Shown: positions 36,657-45,862 of the stretch, piece by piece
Numbering within the stretch: the first letter of the stretch is position 1
How the letters are laid out: every line of letters begins with the position of its first letter
Virus record (IMG/VR): IMGVR_UViG_3300027743_000032
Span: 1-59,750 of that record
Direction: 5' to 3' (one strand)
Length of the DNA stretch: 59,750 nt
Source: a virus
Lineage: Duplodnaviria > Caudoviricetes
The notes under the pieces: model-generated
Seen by the model: the letters and a program-made list of their open reading frames with translations, nothing else
Databases searched by the model: none
What the model was told of the DNA's origin: nothing
Position numbers and translations under genes: made by a program

Positions 36657-37838
36657 GCCATCGGGCTTCACTTCGAGGATGTTATCCGGATCGGCCGAAA
36701 TCTGAATAGCCCCTACCGCAGCGTAGAATCCGTTGTTTCTCCAGGTTATGATGTTGCCTGCGTCTGGTGAGGCAGCGATGGACTTTCCTGCGACGGTGGC
36801 TGCGGTCGTCACGTAGAGGTTCGTGCGTGCGTACATATCGCCGTAGAACTCTGTGTCACCAACAGCGAGTAGTCCTGCATTGATGAGGACGCGAGTGTTA
36901 AAGTTGGGTTGTCCGGTATTGCGTGGGATACGTATTACCGTGTCAATCGGACTTCCGGCGTCGTTGTAACGATAGATCACCAGATCGCTACCGGCGTTGC
37001 TGCCGGTTTCTGCTGCTGTATCTGCACCGATCAGCCAACGTGGCAATCCAGCCGTTGCATACAACACATCACGGAAGGTTCCGGCAGCGCCGCCAATGCC
37101 AACTCGATTTCCGATACTTGCGTTCCCGGTCTGAGACGTGTTGCCATTCTTCGTCACGTACCACTGCCAAGCAGTGACGCCAGCATCAAGAACACCCATC
37201 AAGATCGTGAACGGACTTGCGTTGTCGACCGGACGAATACGAAGTGCATCGGCACCTGATGAAGCAGATATAAATTGACTAGTATCTGCTGTGACGACTA
37301 ACGCCCCAGTCATAGTATCGCCTGTGACGTTGACGTACACAGGATCGTGGTTGTGATTAAGCGGGCTGTACGTAGCGTCGTGGTTGTGTGCGACTAGTGC
37401 ATAGCGACTGTCTAAGAAAGTCTGATCTACGGCTACGGTGTCGGCAGCGACTGATATCCCAGTCCCCGCTCCTACGTTCAGTGTGCGATTGGCGCTCAGA
37501 TCACCGCCACCTGTTAGTCCAGAGCCAGCCGTGATCGTTGTGCCGAGAGCTGCGTATGCTGCGTTGTGGTTATGACCCAGCAGCGAATAGCGGGCGTCAC
37601 CGCGGGCTTGATTAAGATACTGCGTGTGAGGATCGAGCGCTGGGTTAGTGTGATCCGTCCCCCACTGTGTTCTCAGATAATCGATCACACCGCCACTGGT
37701 ATCGTTGATGTGAGCATGTATTACTGTTGTGCCGCCCCCGCCACCGCTAGATGGAGTTTCACGGTTCTCTACAATCCGCAGCCTACGGTCGATGTTCTTG
37801 AACACGCGGTCATAGGCGGTGGTAATTGAGCCGTTCAT
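36621..37838 (-). CDS. Second tail fibre-like protein with HxH repeats
   Basis: RRLRIVENRE N-terminus, DPHTQY, HNH/HNHD repeats, AGSGLTGGGDLSANRTL, VNVTGDTMTG, ETGSNAGSD. Confidence 0.8.
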   Translation of the reverse strand: MNGSITTAYDRVFKNIDRRLRIVENRETPSSGGGGGTTVIHAHINDTSGGVIDYLRTQWGTDHTNPALDPHTQYLNQARGDARYSLLGHNHNAAYAALGTTITAGSGLTGGGDLSANRTLNVGAGTGISVAADTVAVDQTFLDSRYALVAHNHDATYSPLNHNHDPVYVNVTGDTMTGALVVTADTSQFISASSGADALRIRPVDNASPFTILMGVLDAGVTAWQWYVTKNGNTSQTGNASIGNRVGIGGAAGTFRDVLYATAGLPRWLIGADTAAETGSNAGSDLVIYRYNDAGSPIDTVIRIPRNTGQPNFNTRVLINAGLLAVGDTEFYGDMYARTNLYVTTAATVAGKSIAASPDAGNIITWRNNGFYAAVGAIQISADPDNILEVKPDGLFVRKGLIFGK

Positions 37839-38659
37839 TCTTCTTCACGTTCTCCGAGCGGATCATGCTCGTAGGGTATCAGCTTACGGTACTGCTTCCA
37901 GCCTATGAAGTTTCCCCAGCGTGCGGGGACGTGCAAACTCTGAGCGGGATGTTCGAATGGAGACATGTGACCGTCACGCAGCAAACGATCAGCCAGCTCA
38001 ACGTCTTTGCTGGTGTCGCGCTTTCCCTCGTGAGTTAGATAGCTTACCCTAGCGCAACGGGCGGCCGCCACTGTGGCTGCTGTGAAAGTCCCCAGACGGG
38101 TGCGTTCTTCTTGATTTATAAACGGTAAATGCCATTGATCCGGCTCCAGACGCTCTGGTTGTGATTCAGCCAGGGCGTCTTGCATTAAGAGCGCCGTTGT
38201 ACGAAACTCGGGCTGTACGTCGTCGCGTGTTCTCAGATTAAGGAAGTTGCTCCAGCTGGTCGCCGTCACAACCACAGTGACCCACAGGAACGGTTCTAAT
38301 AATCGGTTCGCTAGCTGCTTGTGGACGCCTAACGAGAACAATTCAGAAGCCGCCCGTACTGCTGCATCGCGCGCCTCTAGCCAAATAGCAGACGCACGTA
38401 CGATATCCTCAATTTCGCCGCCAGCCTGCATACCGCGCTGATTCGACCCCCATCGGGAGGGTGTGAAGGGGGCCGTCACAGCCGCCGTTATCTGGCTGCC
38501 TATAGGTATAGCTCTCGAAGAGGCGGCGTTGCGTGAGAGCATTCGATGGGTGTTGAACTCAGCCAAGATGAACCTTGGCATTGTGACAGTAAGTGTTGTT
38601 ATTCTGATGTTGTGAGCGGTGCCGACTGAATCCGCGATTACTCTGACAGCGTACATCAC
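37835..38659 (-). CDS. thyX: FAD-dependent thymidylate synthase (phage ThyX-like)
   Basis: AEFNTHRMLSRNAASSRAIP, HKQLANRLLEPF, ARCARVSY, GHMSPFEH. Confidence 0.85.
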   Translation of the reverse strand: MMYAVRVIADSVGTAHNIRITTLTVTMPRFILAEFNTHRMLSRNAASSRAIPIGSQITAAVTAPFTPSRWGSNQRGMQAGGEIEDIVRASAIWLEARDAAVRAASELFSLGVHKQLANRLLEPFLWVTVVVTATSWSNFLNLRTRDDVQPEFRTTALLMQDALAESQPERLEPDQWHLPFINQEERTRLGTFTAATVAAARCARVSYLTHEGKRDTSKDVELADRLLRDGHMSPFEHPAQSLHVPARWGNFIGWKQYRKLIPYEHDPLGEREEE

Positions 38660-39792
38660 GGTACTCCTGCGAACTGTGTGGTTTCCTGTTCCAGCTCGAA
38701 CGTGATGCGTTCTTCGCTGCTGTTCTCGCTCAGATTAATCGTCACAGCTACGATCTTGACGTTGAACTCTTGACCCAGGAACATCGACGTAACGATGTCG
38801 CCTAAGAAATAATCTTTTCCGTAGGCGCTGTATGGTGTCTGAATAGGGTCGAATGTGAAGCTCAATGCGGCCCTTTTTTCATATAAGACCTCGTTGCCTA
38901 TGGCAATCAGCGCGTTGAGCCGATCTTCTTGTGAAGCGTTCTGATCTTGTTCGATCAGGTTCCACGGACTTTCGTTCACGACCACCGGCGGTGCGTTCAC
39001 AAGCGTGGTGTCACGCAGCGGCCCCTCGCCCGGGCCTAATACGAGACAACTCGTAACTTCGTCCGTGCGTGAAATCGTGTGTGATGGATTCGAGAAGTTA
39101 CCTTGCGTCACACCGAACAGCACCGTGTTGGGTTGTCCTACGCTTCTGTTAGTGCCAAGCTGAGGCCAGTACGTTCTGAACTCGAAGTTGGTTCCGCCTA
39201 GCCAGGCTACGTCGTAGTCTACGTTGTGTGGCTCACCGATGTCTTTACACGTTTCGAGCAGGTTCTTCCAAGCGTGCGCCCCTTCATAGACAGCCGCCTG
39301 AGATAAGTTAGGTGCTATGGTCAAGCCCGGTGTTACACCATCAGATAGGCGTCCGTTCGTAGTCAGAGCGAGCGGGCCGGCATTCTCTCTGACGTACTGT
39401 TTGATGATGTCGTCAGCTGGGCCAGGGCCTTTGGCGCTGCCTTCGGTGTCAGCATAGTATCTCACAGATCGTCTGTTAATCAGATCGAGCAGGCCCCGAG
39501 AATAGCTCGTGAAGATTCGCTGATCGCCCAGCGTGATCTGCCGTTGCGGCGTTCTGTGAAAGCCGATATACTCGGTGTACCAGTCGAGGCCGGCTTCGTG
39601 GTAGGTTCGTCTGACTTCGATCAGTGCATCCAGGTCGAAATACTGCGTGTTTGGATCGAGGTCGAACATCGCCAAAGTGAGTGTGCTGGCAATGTTGGTG
39701 CGGTGTTCGATCTGTAGTGAGCGAAACCTGTCGAACACCGCTTGCAGTTCGCCGGCAGTATTGTACACCAGAATCTGGTAACGAATGGGCAT
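38656..39792 (-). CDS. Siphovirus minor tail/hub protein (ReqiPepy6 Gp37-like)
   Basis: VLGPGEGPLR and YGKDYFLGDIVT motifs. Confidence 0.8.
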   Translation of the reverse strand: MPIRYQILVYNTAGELQAVFDRFRSLQIEHRTNIASTLTLAMFDLDPNTQYFDLDALIEVRRTYHEAGLDWYTEYIGFHRTPQRQITLGDQRIFTSYSRGLLDLINRRSVRYYADTEGSAKGPGPADDIIKQYVRENAGPLALTTNGRLSDGVTPGLTIAPNLSQAAVYEGAHAWKNLLETCKDIGEPHNVDYDVAWLGGTNFEFRTYWPQLGTNRSVGQPNTVLFGVTQGNFSNPSHTISRTDEVTSCLVLGPGEGPLRDTTLVNAPPVVVNESPWNLIEQDQNASQEDRLNALIAIGNEVLYEKRAALSFTFDPIQTPYSAYGKDYFLGDIVTSMFLGQEFNVKIVAVTINLSENSSEERITFELEQETTQFAGVP

Positions 39793-39793
39793 G

Positions 39794-40156
39794 TCAACCC
39801 TCTATCTTCTTGATCGCATAAGGCACGGGGGGCATGTCTGTTCGATGCTGCCAAAAAGCGTCATGTAGTTTTTTGATTTCTTCTAGCAAGATTTTATTTA
39901 TGTCGTCGATACCTGCACCACGCAGACCGTACTTGCGACGGTTCTTTTCTAGCGCCCGCATAGCCAGATTAGTCTTAGCTCTTGGGTCTGTTCCGTCGTC
40001 GTGCTGCCTGATAAACGCGGCACATACGCTACACGCTAGCCACGCGCCTTTGAATCCTATATTTAATTCGCGTGCAGAGAAATCCTCGGCGTCGTAGATT
40101 CTGGCGTTGGCGTCGCTTGGACGAACAGGATCGCTACAGAAATCGCACTGGCTCAT
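39794..40156 (-). CDS. Hypothetical protein with CDFC...WLACSVC
   Basis: Coupled to its neighbours. Confidence 0.6.
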   Translation of the reverse strand: MSQCDFCSDPVRPSDANARIYDAEDFSARELNIGFKGAWLACSVCAAFIRQHDDGTDPRAKTNLAMRALEKNRRKYGLRGAGIDDINKILLEEIKKLHDAFWQHRTDMPPVPYAIKKIEG

Positions 40157-41724
40157 CGCTTAATACCCAGGTCGTAGTTTGTCCACAGTCGTTCTATGCG
40201 TGAGGCGTCGAGTGAGCTGGTCGTGATCTGTACCGACGCACTCTGATACGGCATGTCGATGTAGAACCAATCTGCGTATAAGTCATCGTACAATGGTGAA
40301 GGATAACCTGACAGGGCTACTAAGCCCTGATGCTTGTGAAGGGCTGCCGATAAGTTAATATGATCCTGCACCGACATTTCGAAGGCATACGTGGATGTTT
40401 TGTCTAGCCTACGGGTGTCGTGTACATATGGAGGATCACAATATAATAACACACCAGGATCATTATACAGGCGAATAACATCCAGCGCCGGGTAATTTTC
40501 GATTTGGACATTCCGCAACCTCGCTGCGATTGCTGCAAGGCCATCGATACCCGACTGCCACTGTGCGTTGTATACCGCGATCCCACGCTGGATTATATTG
40601 CGCGTGAAGCGCCAGGCGTTTAGTTCAGAATCAGTAATCATCTGTGCCTGACCGCGCTGTGTCTGACGCGCCATAATAAAAAATAACCGGGCGTGTTCCA
40701 GATCGAGCGTCGTGTTTGGAGGCGGCTCACGCATCGCACGCAGCGCCTCTTTGCGATCCTCACGAGAATACGGTGTGAGATGGAGCAGTCTTATCAGTTC
40801 GTCTGGCTGACTACGAACTACCCGAAAGAAATTGACTACGTTGTTATCGAGGTCGTTATACGTTTCGATTGGGCTAGGATCACGATTTAACAGAACTGCC
40901 GCGCTTCCTCCGAATACGTCTACGAAATGCTTGCATCTGGGTAGAAGCGGTAACAACCAGGCAAGGTGTGACGCTTTGCCTCCGTACCACGCAAACGCCG
41001 ACATGCGCTCTTTTGCCTCAGAATCCGATATCACAGCCTCCCTGGGGGCGGAGCCGTTTGGTGCCGGAGTTGGCGGCGTTTCTTGTGTGCTAAGAGACTG
41101 CGCTTCTTTCTTCTCGGCCAGCTCTTGCTCAGCCTCAGCCATGTACTTCTCAGCCAAGCCAGCGGCAGCTTCATTGATAACAGCGTTCTGCATCGTACGA
41201 AGCTGCTGTATGCCTGTGCTGAATGTGCGCGGGACTTCACTCCAGGCGCGAGCGTTGTAGGCGCGTCCGTCTGCGCCTTGAACAGCAATCGACTTTAGTT
41301 CGTCCCGTTCGTGTGGGGGCAGCGCATCGATGTCGCGTGAAGCCGTCGCAATCGATATTCCCAGGATTTGGGCGATCTTGGATAGCGTGTAACCAAACTC
41401 CTTACGAAGTCTGACCACCAATTCCTGACGTTGCTCTGCGTTAAGGTGTCGTCGCTTAACATTAAGTGAGACGACGTAAGCGACCTTTTCTTCCTCGCTG
41501 CTGAACCTACGAACGATCTTATCGTACAGCGGTAGATCGGCGCCTTCCTCGATAAGCTCAGTAAATGCCTGATACCTGTGGTGCCCATCGAGGATGTTCC
41601 CTTCGCCGTCAAACTCGATAGGGACTAGTACACCCCGCCGTTTAATGTCGTCTTTGAGTTCGGCGTATTGTGCCGGTGTCATTGCCGGCATCAACTGATA
41701 CTTCGAGTTAGAGTTAGTAGTCAT
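40153..41724 (-). CDS. ParB-like domain + HTH fused to a Dam-type (D12) N6-adenine DNA methyltransferase
   Basis: ILDGHHRY..SLNVKRRHL; LSKIAQILGISIATASRD; WYGGK, DVFGGS, YNDLD, YCDPPY. Confidence 0.9.
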   Translation of the reverse strand: MTTNSNSKYQLMPAMTPAQYAELKDDIKRRGVLVPIEFDGEGNILDGHHRYQAFTELIEEGADLPLYDKIVRRFSSEEEKVAYVVSLNVKRRHLNAEQRQELVVRLRKEFGYTLSKIAQILGISIATASRDIDALPPHERDELKSIAVQGADGRAYNARAWSEVPRTFSTGIQQLRTMQNAVINEAAAGLAEKYMAEAEQELAEKKEAQSLSTQETPPTPAPNGSAPREAVISDSEAKERMSAFAWYGGKASHLAWLLPLLPRCKHFVDVFGGSAAVLLNRDPSPIETYNDLDNNVVNFFRVVRSQPDELIRLLHLTPYSREDRKEALRAMREPPPNTTLDLEHARLFFIMARQTQRGQAQMITDSELNAWRFTRNIIQRGIAVYNAQWQSGIDGLAAIAARLRNVQIENYPALDVIRLYNDPGVLLYCDPPYVHDTRRLDKTSTYAFEMSVQDHINLSAALHKHQGLVALSGYPSPLYDDLYADWFYIDMPYQSASVQITTSSLDASRIERLWTNYDLGIKR

Positions 41725-42122
41725 CGACCTTCTCGCAGGCGATATTCGAGCCTAAGCAAATGAGCTAGCGCGTCCACTTCATGTACGGTATGACCTGAGC
41801 CTTCCTGCCCTGCAAGTAACGTTCGCGCTTCTTGGATAAACGCCCGCCGCTCTTGTGGTTGTTGTCTATAGGATTTAATGCCTAGCACATGACATATGCC
41901 ATTGAGAGAGCCAACTAACTCCAGCGTGTAGTTGATATGCACGTCACGCTGGCCCGATCCAATAAAAATCTCGTAGGCTAACTTACTAGGCCTAAACTGA
42001 TTAATCATGTCCCAGAGTTCTGTTTGAGACATGATCGTAGCTGTGTGATAGTTGGCGTCGTCCATCTTCACAGCCAGCCCCGTGTGGGGGCCAGGGTCGA
42101 TAGCGAACAACACTTCAGGCAT
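41721..42122 (-). CDS. RuvC-like Holliday junction resolvase
   Basis: LFAIDPGPHTGLA, AYEIF, HEVDALAH. Confidence 0.75.
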   Translation of the reverse strand: MPEVLFAIDPGPHTGLAVKMDDANYHTATIMSQTELWDMINQFRPSKLAYEIFIGSGQRDVHINYTLELVGSLNGICHVLGIKSYRQQPQERRAFIQEARTLLAGQEGSGHTVHEVDALAHLLRLEYRLREGR

Positions 42123-42447
42123 ACGAACACCGGGGCCAGTGTGATCTGTAACCGTTCTTGAAGGCCCAGGCTGTGACGTGTGCGGCGGCCTGCGGATCGT
42201 ACGGTGAGTAGCCTTCCCAACCTGCTTGAGCAGACATCCAATTCCACGTACGCCACGAGAACTGATACAAGCCGTGGTAGAGTTTGTTACGGCTTGTGAT
42301 AGAGGGATCGAACGTGCCGCCAGTCTCACACGAAGCGGTACGCCTGAGCCAGTCGTAGCTTACGTTGTATGTCTGAGCAGCTTCGTAGATGTAATCCAGT
42401 ACGGACGGGCCTACGATGGCTAGTGCGATAAAGTTTCGTCGCCTCAT
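42115..42447 (-). CDS. Lytic transglycosylase-like (Rpf/SLT) protein with twin-arginine-like N-terminus
   Basis: ASCETGG catalytic Glu, GLYQFSWRTW, HWPRC. Confidence 0.8.
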   Translation of the reverse strand: MRRRNFIALAIVGPSVLDYIYEAAQTYNVSYDWLRRTASCETGGTFDPSITSRNKLYHGLYQFSWRTWNWMSAQAGWEGYSPYDPQAAAHVTAWAFKNGYRSHWPRCSYA

Positions 42448-42713
42448 GGATTACGTCCCGCTTTCAGGTTTTCTGTGAACTGTGTCAGCTCTCGTTGTAC
42501 GCTGTCCATCATGTTAAGATCGCCCTCGTTCACTTCCTCGCCCGAAGTCAGATTGCTTATAATGCCTTCGAACAATGCAAGGGCACCTAAATAGAACGCG
42601 ATCTTGGTTTCGCGGCGCTGGACAGCATTTGCGCCTACCGGGTCTAGTGATAGGCGCACGTAATTCTTCCACGCGGTTTCGATGAGTTTATTTGGTGGTG
42701 CCAAGATTGTCAC
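42444..42713 (-). CDS. Hypothetical protein
   Basis: QRRETKIAFYLGA; coupled overlaps. Confidence 0.6.
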   Translation of the reverse strand: MTILAPPNKLIETAWKNYVRLSLDPVGANAVQRRETKIAFYLGALALFEGIISNLTSGEEVNEGDLNMMDSVQRELTQFTENLKAGRNP

Positions 42714-45102
42714 CTACCTTCATGTCGATTCTGATAGACGGATATCCTTCGAAGCGTGGCTTCTCCATCACGCTTTTAATCAACGCCATCACTTCTTTAC
42801 GATAGCGTCGGTCGCTCTCTACGACGAGCGCATCGTGGATCATCAGGATGATATAGCTGTTATAGCGAGCAAGCAATGGCTGTAGTTCGACCATCGATAA
42901 TAAGCAATAGTCCGAGGCATTAGATTGGATCGGGAAGTTGATCGCCTGCCGTAGTGCCTTATGATCGAGTACAACCGGGAAGCGCATCACCCGCCCGGAG
43001 GGGGTTGTGATATAGCCCTGCTGTTGTACTTTCCGTTGTAGGTCAATCGTCCACTTACGATGAACAGGATACGTACGCCAGAAGTTATCAACAAACTTCC
43101 GAGCTTCACTAACAGTACAGCCAAGACCAACGGGGGGAGGACTAGAAAGCTTTTCAGCACCCTCGCCATACTGTAGTCCGAACCTGATCTTCTTGGCGTT
43201 CTGTCGCATTTGCGACCAGGTGGCCTTGTCGTGAAGTTCTCGTCTGGTGTTGAATGCGCCCTCTGCTGTTGCACTATGCACGTCTCCTGACTTTAGATGC
43301 TCCAGCAAAACAGGATCGCGTGATTCCGCCCAAGCGAGCCAGACTTCGATCTGATTATAGTCTGCCTCGACGATTTCATGAGTGTCGGTGTTGTGTGGGA
43401 TGATTACTTCACGCAGTCTAGCGTAGTCCGCACCTACTGTATAGTCTTTGGGGATGGTCTGCATGGCGGGATCGTGATAGGAAGTACGACCAGTTCGAGT
43501 TGTAGTAACGAACGCACTCGGATGCAGTAGACCGTCCCATTTAATATTACGCCACGCCGAATCAACATAATCGATCATCGTGTCTAGCGTGCGTAAGTCA
43601 CGTAGCTTATCGGCGAACGGGTGGTCGAGCCTATCGAGCGTTTCACGATCTAAGCTGGGTTCTCCGGTCTTACTGGAGAACTTGATAGGCTCCAGCCCAA
43701 TGAGATTAAAGAACAGCCGTCGCAACTGTGGGTTGCTCTGGAAGTTAACTTCATAATCTTCAGACCAACCGTATTCGTCACGCGCTTCCCGCTGCATGGA
43801 GGCTGTGACATCCTGCCAGCGTTCACACCAATCAATCGTCATTTGGCGCAGCTTGTCCTGATCGACATTGATGCCGCGCACCTGCATCTTGACGAACGCT
43901 CTAATAGCCGGAAGCAGCAGGCCGCTATAAAGAGGCTCCGTACCTTCCTCGATCATGCGTGGCCGGTGAATGTCCACGAGGCGTCGAGTGTAGGCTGCGT
44001 CTTTGGCGTTGTACTGATACAGCACGTCGTCGGGAAGTTGGTTCATCTTCCCTTTGTAGTATTTCTTGACTTCTTCGTTGTACCAGCCGGCCCCAAGATA
44101 TTCTCGCGCGTTCTCTTTCAGACCGTGCCGGCCGGGTCGTTCGTCAGTGCAGACCGACATCAGCATGGTGTCGTTTACTAAGGGGAGCATCGTGCCGAAG
44201 TAGTTGTACAGTCCGTTGATGTCGTACTGGCCCGCCTGGAACGTCCACTGCACGTTCAAGGGCCACACGAAAATGAACTTTGGAAGCTTGCAGTTAGTAT
44301 CTAGACACTTGTTGTGCTGACGCCAGCCTCGTACGTGCGTGCCGTTTCTTATGCACAGAGGCAGGATATCACGCGGGAATACCCAAGTACGTTCTAGGCC
44401 TGCGTTGTCGATATAACTCAGGGCCAAACACAACAACTGGTCAGAATAAGCATCGATCAGTTCGATATCTGGGTTTGATGTCTCGATGTCTATGGCGACT
44501 GGTCGATCTTTGGGCAGGCCGCTTAATATCTGCTGGCCGTGCGACAGGCTCTTAACGAGGTTGTAACTGACGTGAGCTGGCTGTCCGTCGGGTTCCCATT
44601 CGACGATGCGTTGGATTTTGCACAGGTCACGGATAATGTCTTGAACCGCATCCATGCTCTCGGAACGCAGAGCGAACGCGGGATGGTGTGTGTCCATGAC
44701 GTAGCAATGATGCACGTCTGACCAAACGACCGAACCACGACTGCCTTTCCGGCGTGGTAGGCGTGTGACAGCCTCGTGTGCGATCTCACCACAGGTGATT
44801 ACCAGCTTGGGTTTGTACTGCTGGATTTCTAGGTCTAGTCTGGGAGCGCACTCTGACAGTTCTTCCGGACTAGGATAGTTGTTGAACCAACAGATCGCGT
44901 TCGTTGTGTAGACCTTGTTACGATCCCAGCCTGAGAACTTGAGCAAATCATCCAGTAACCGGCCGGATGCCCCCGTAAATGGACGCTTCGTGCGAGTTGC
45001 TTCGTCGTGGCCGGGAGCAATTCCGACCACGACTACTCCGTGATCAGGGTTGCCGAACCCCCTGATCCCGTGTTCGTGACACATTCTACCTGTGACGTTC
45101 AT
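42688..45102 (-). CDS. polA: Family A DNA polymerase with N-terminal uracil-DNA glycosylase (family 4-like) and 3'-5' exonuclease
   Basis: GIAPG..E..RPFTGASG..HPA (UDG); IDIET (ExoI); ADYNQIE, AKKIRFGLQYG, IHDAL polymerase motifs A/B/C. Confidence 0.93.
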   Translation of the reverse strand: MNVTGRMCHEHGIRGFGNPDHGVVVVGIAPGHDEATRTKRPFTGASGRLLDDLLKFSGWDRNKVYTTNAICWFNNYPSPEELSECAPRLDLEIQQYKPKLVITCGEIAHEAVTRLPRRKGSRGSVVWSDVHHCYVMDTHHPAFALRSESMDAVQDIIRDLCKIQRIVEWEPDGQPAHVSYNLVKSLSHGQQILSGLPKDRPVAIDIETSNPDIELIDAYSDQLLCLALSYIDNAGLERTWVFPRDILPLCIRNGTHVRGWRQHNKCLDTNCKLPKFIFVWPLNVQWTFQAGQYDINGLYNYFGTMLPLVNDTMLMSVCTDERPGRHGLKENAREYLGAGWYNEEVKKYYKGKMNQLPDDVLYQYNAKDAAYTRRLVDIHRPRMIEEGTEPLYSGLLLPAIRAFVKMQVRGINVDQDKLRQMTIDWCERWQDVTASMQREARDEYGWSEDYEVNFQSNPQLRRLFFNLIGLEPIKFSSKTGEPSLDRETLDRLDHPFADKLRDLRTLDTMIDYVDSAWRNIKWDGLLHPSAFVTTTRTGRTSYHDPAMQTIPKDYTVGADYARLREVIIPHNTDTHEIVEADYNQIEVWLAWAESRDPVLLEHLKSGDVHSATAEGAFNTRRELHDKATWSQMRQNAKKIRFGLQYGEGAEKLSSPPPVGLGCTVSEARKFVDNFWRTYPVHRKWTIDLQRKVQQQGYITTPSGRVMRFPVVLDHKALRQAINFPIQSNASDYCLLSMVELQPLLARYNSYIILMIHDALVVESDRRYRKEVMALIKSVMEKPRFEGYPSIRIDMKVGDNLGTTK

Positions 45103-45104
45103 TG

Positions 45105-45341
45105 TTAGTTTTCTTGTGCTTTCGCGTGTGATGCTGGGTTTATACTTAGAATATCCAGGTCGTCCTGAGTTAGTTCTATGCCTGCTTCCTGCTTGCACTC
45201 AGGGCATATGTCGGTCATGATCGCAGCCGCTTTCCTCGCCGCAACGTCTGCGTCGTTACAAGCGAAGCCTATGCTTGCGCCGCATAGATATTGTGTTTCT
45301 ATGACCCAGATTTGTTCTGGGGGGTCTTTCTTGTCTTGCAT
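45105..45341 (-). CDS. Small hypothetical protein
   Basis: Operon position; C..CPEC. Confidence 0.45.
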   Translation of the reverse strand: MQDKKDPPEQIWVIETQYLCGASIGFACNDADVAARKAAAIMTDICPECKQEAGIELTQDDLDILSINPASHAKAQEN

Positions 45342-45342
45342 G

Positions 45343-45555
45343 TCACGCCCCCAGCTTAGTCAGCAGTCTGACGCCAAGCTGGTACTCGTTGAACCAGTGT
45401 TCGCGGTCGGCTTCTGAGATGTTAGGGTCGGTCATGTTTGACTTGGCTACCTTCATCGACTGTGTGATGCGTGCCAGCAGGTAGTCTTTCTCTTGTTCGG
45501 TTAGCTCGACTACCACTGCGGTAATAGCGTCAGCGGGTACGCTCGATGCTTGCAT
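45343..45555 (-). CDS. Small hypothetical protein
   Basis: AGGGAG RBS; operon position. Confidence 0.5.
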   Translation of the reverse strand: MQASSVPADAITAVVVELTEQEKDYLLARITQSMKVAKSNMTDPNISEADREHWFNEYQLGVRLLTKLGA

Positions 45556-45667
45556 CCGTCTGGCTCCCTATATTCTGTGCAGTCCCAACAAACCCACCTG
45601 TCACACACAGGACAGCGGTAGGCATCTAGGTTCTTACAGATAAAGCAGCGTGGGAATATTATCCGGG

Positions 45668-45862
45668 CTAGCCGGCGGCGAGACGGAGCAGCAGGTCTGT
45701 GCTGATTTCCCCGCGCGCCATCAATTCCTTGATAATCAGCTTGCGTAGCCATGATGAGAGTGTCTCCCTATCACGCTCTGCTAGCTTCTGCACGAGGGCG
45801 AACAGGTCAGGTTCCATGTACGCCTTTACGTGTGAGATTTTATCTGAGGTCGAGAGTGTCAT
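45668..45862 (-). CDS. CopG/RHH-like DNA-binding protein
   Basis: HVKAYMEPDLFALVQKLAERDRETLSSWLRKLI. Confidence 0.7.
   Translation of the reverse strand: MTLSTSDKISHVKAYMEPDLFALVQKLAERDRETLSSWLRKLIIKELMARGEISTDLLLRLAAG

Noticed and set aside
33830-37838. Diversity-generating retroelement or invertible fibre switch
   Set aside because: No reverse transcriptase, no TR/VR pair with adenine-specific differences, and no invertase or crossover repeats seen.
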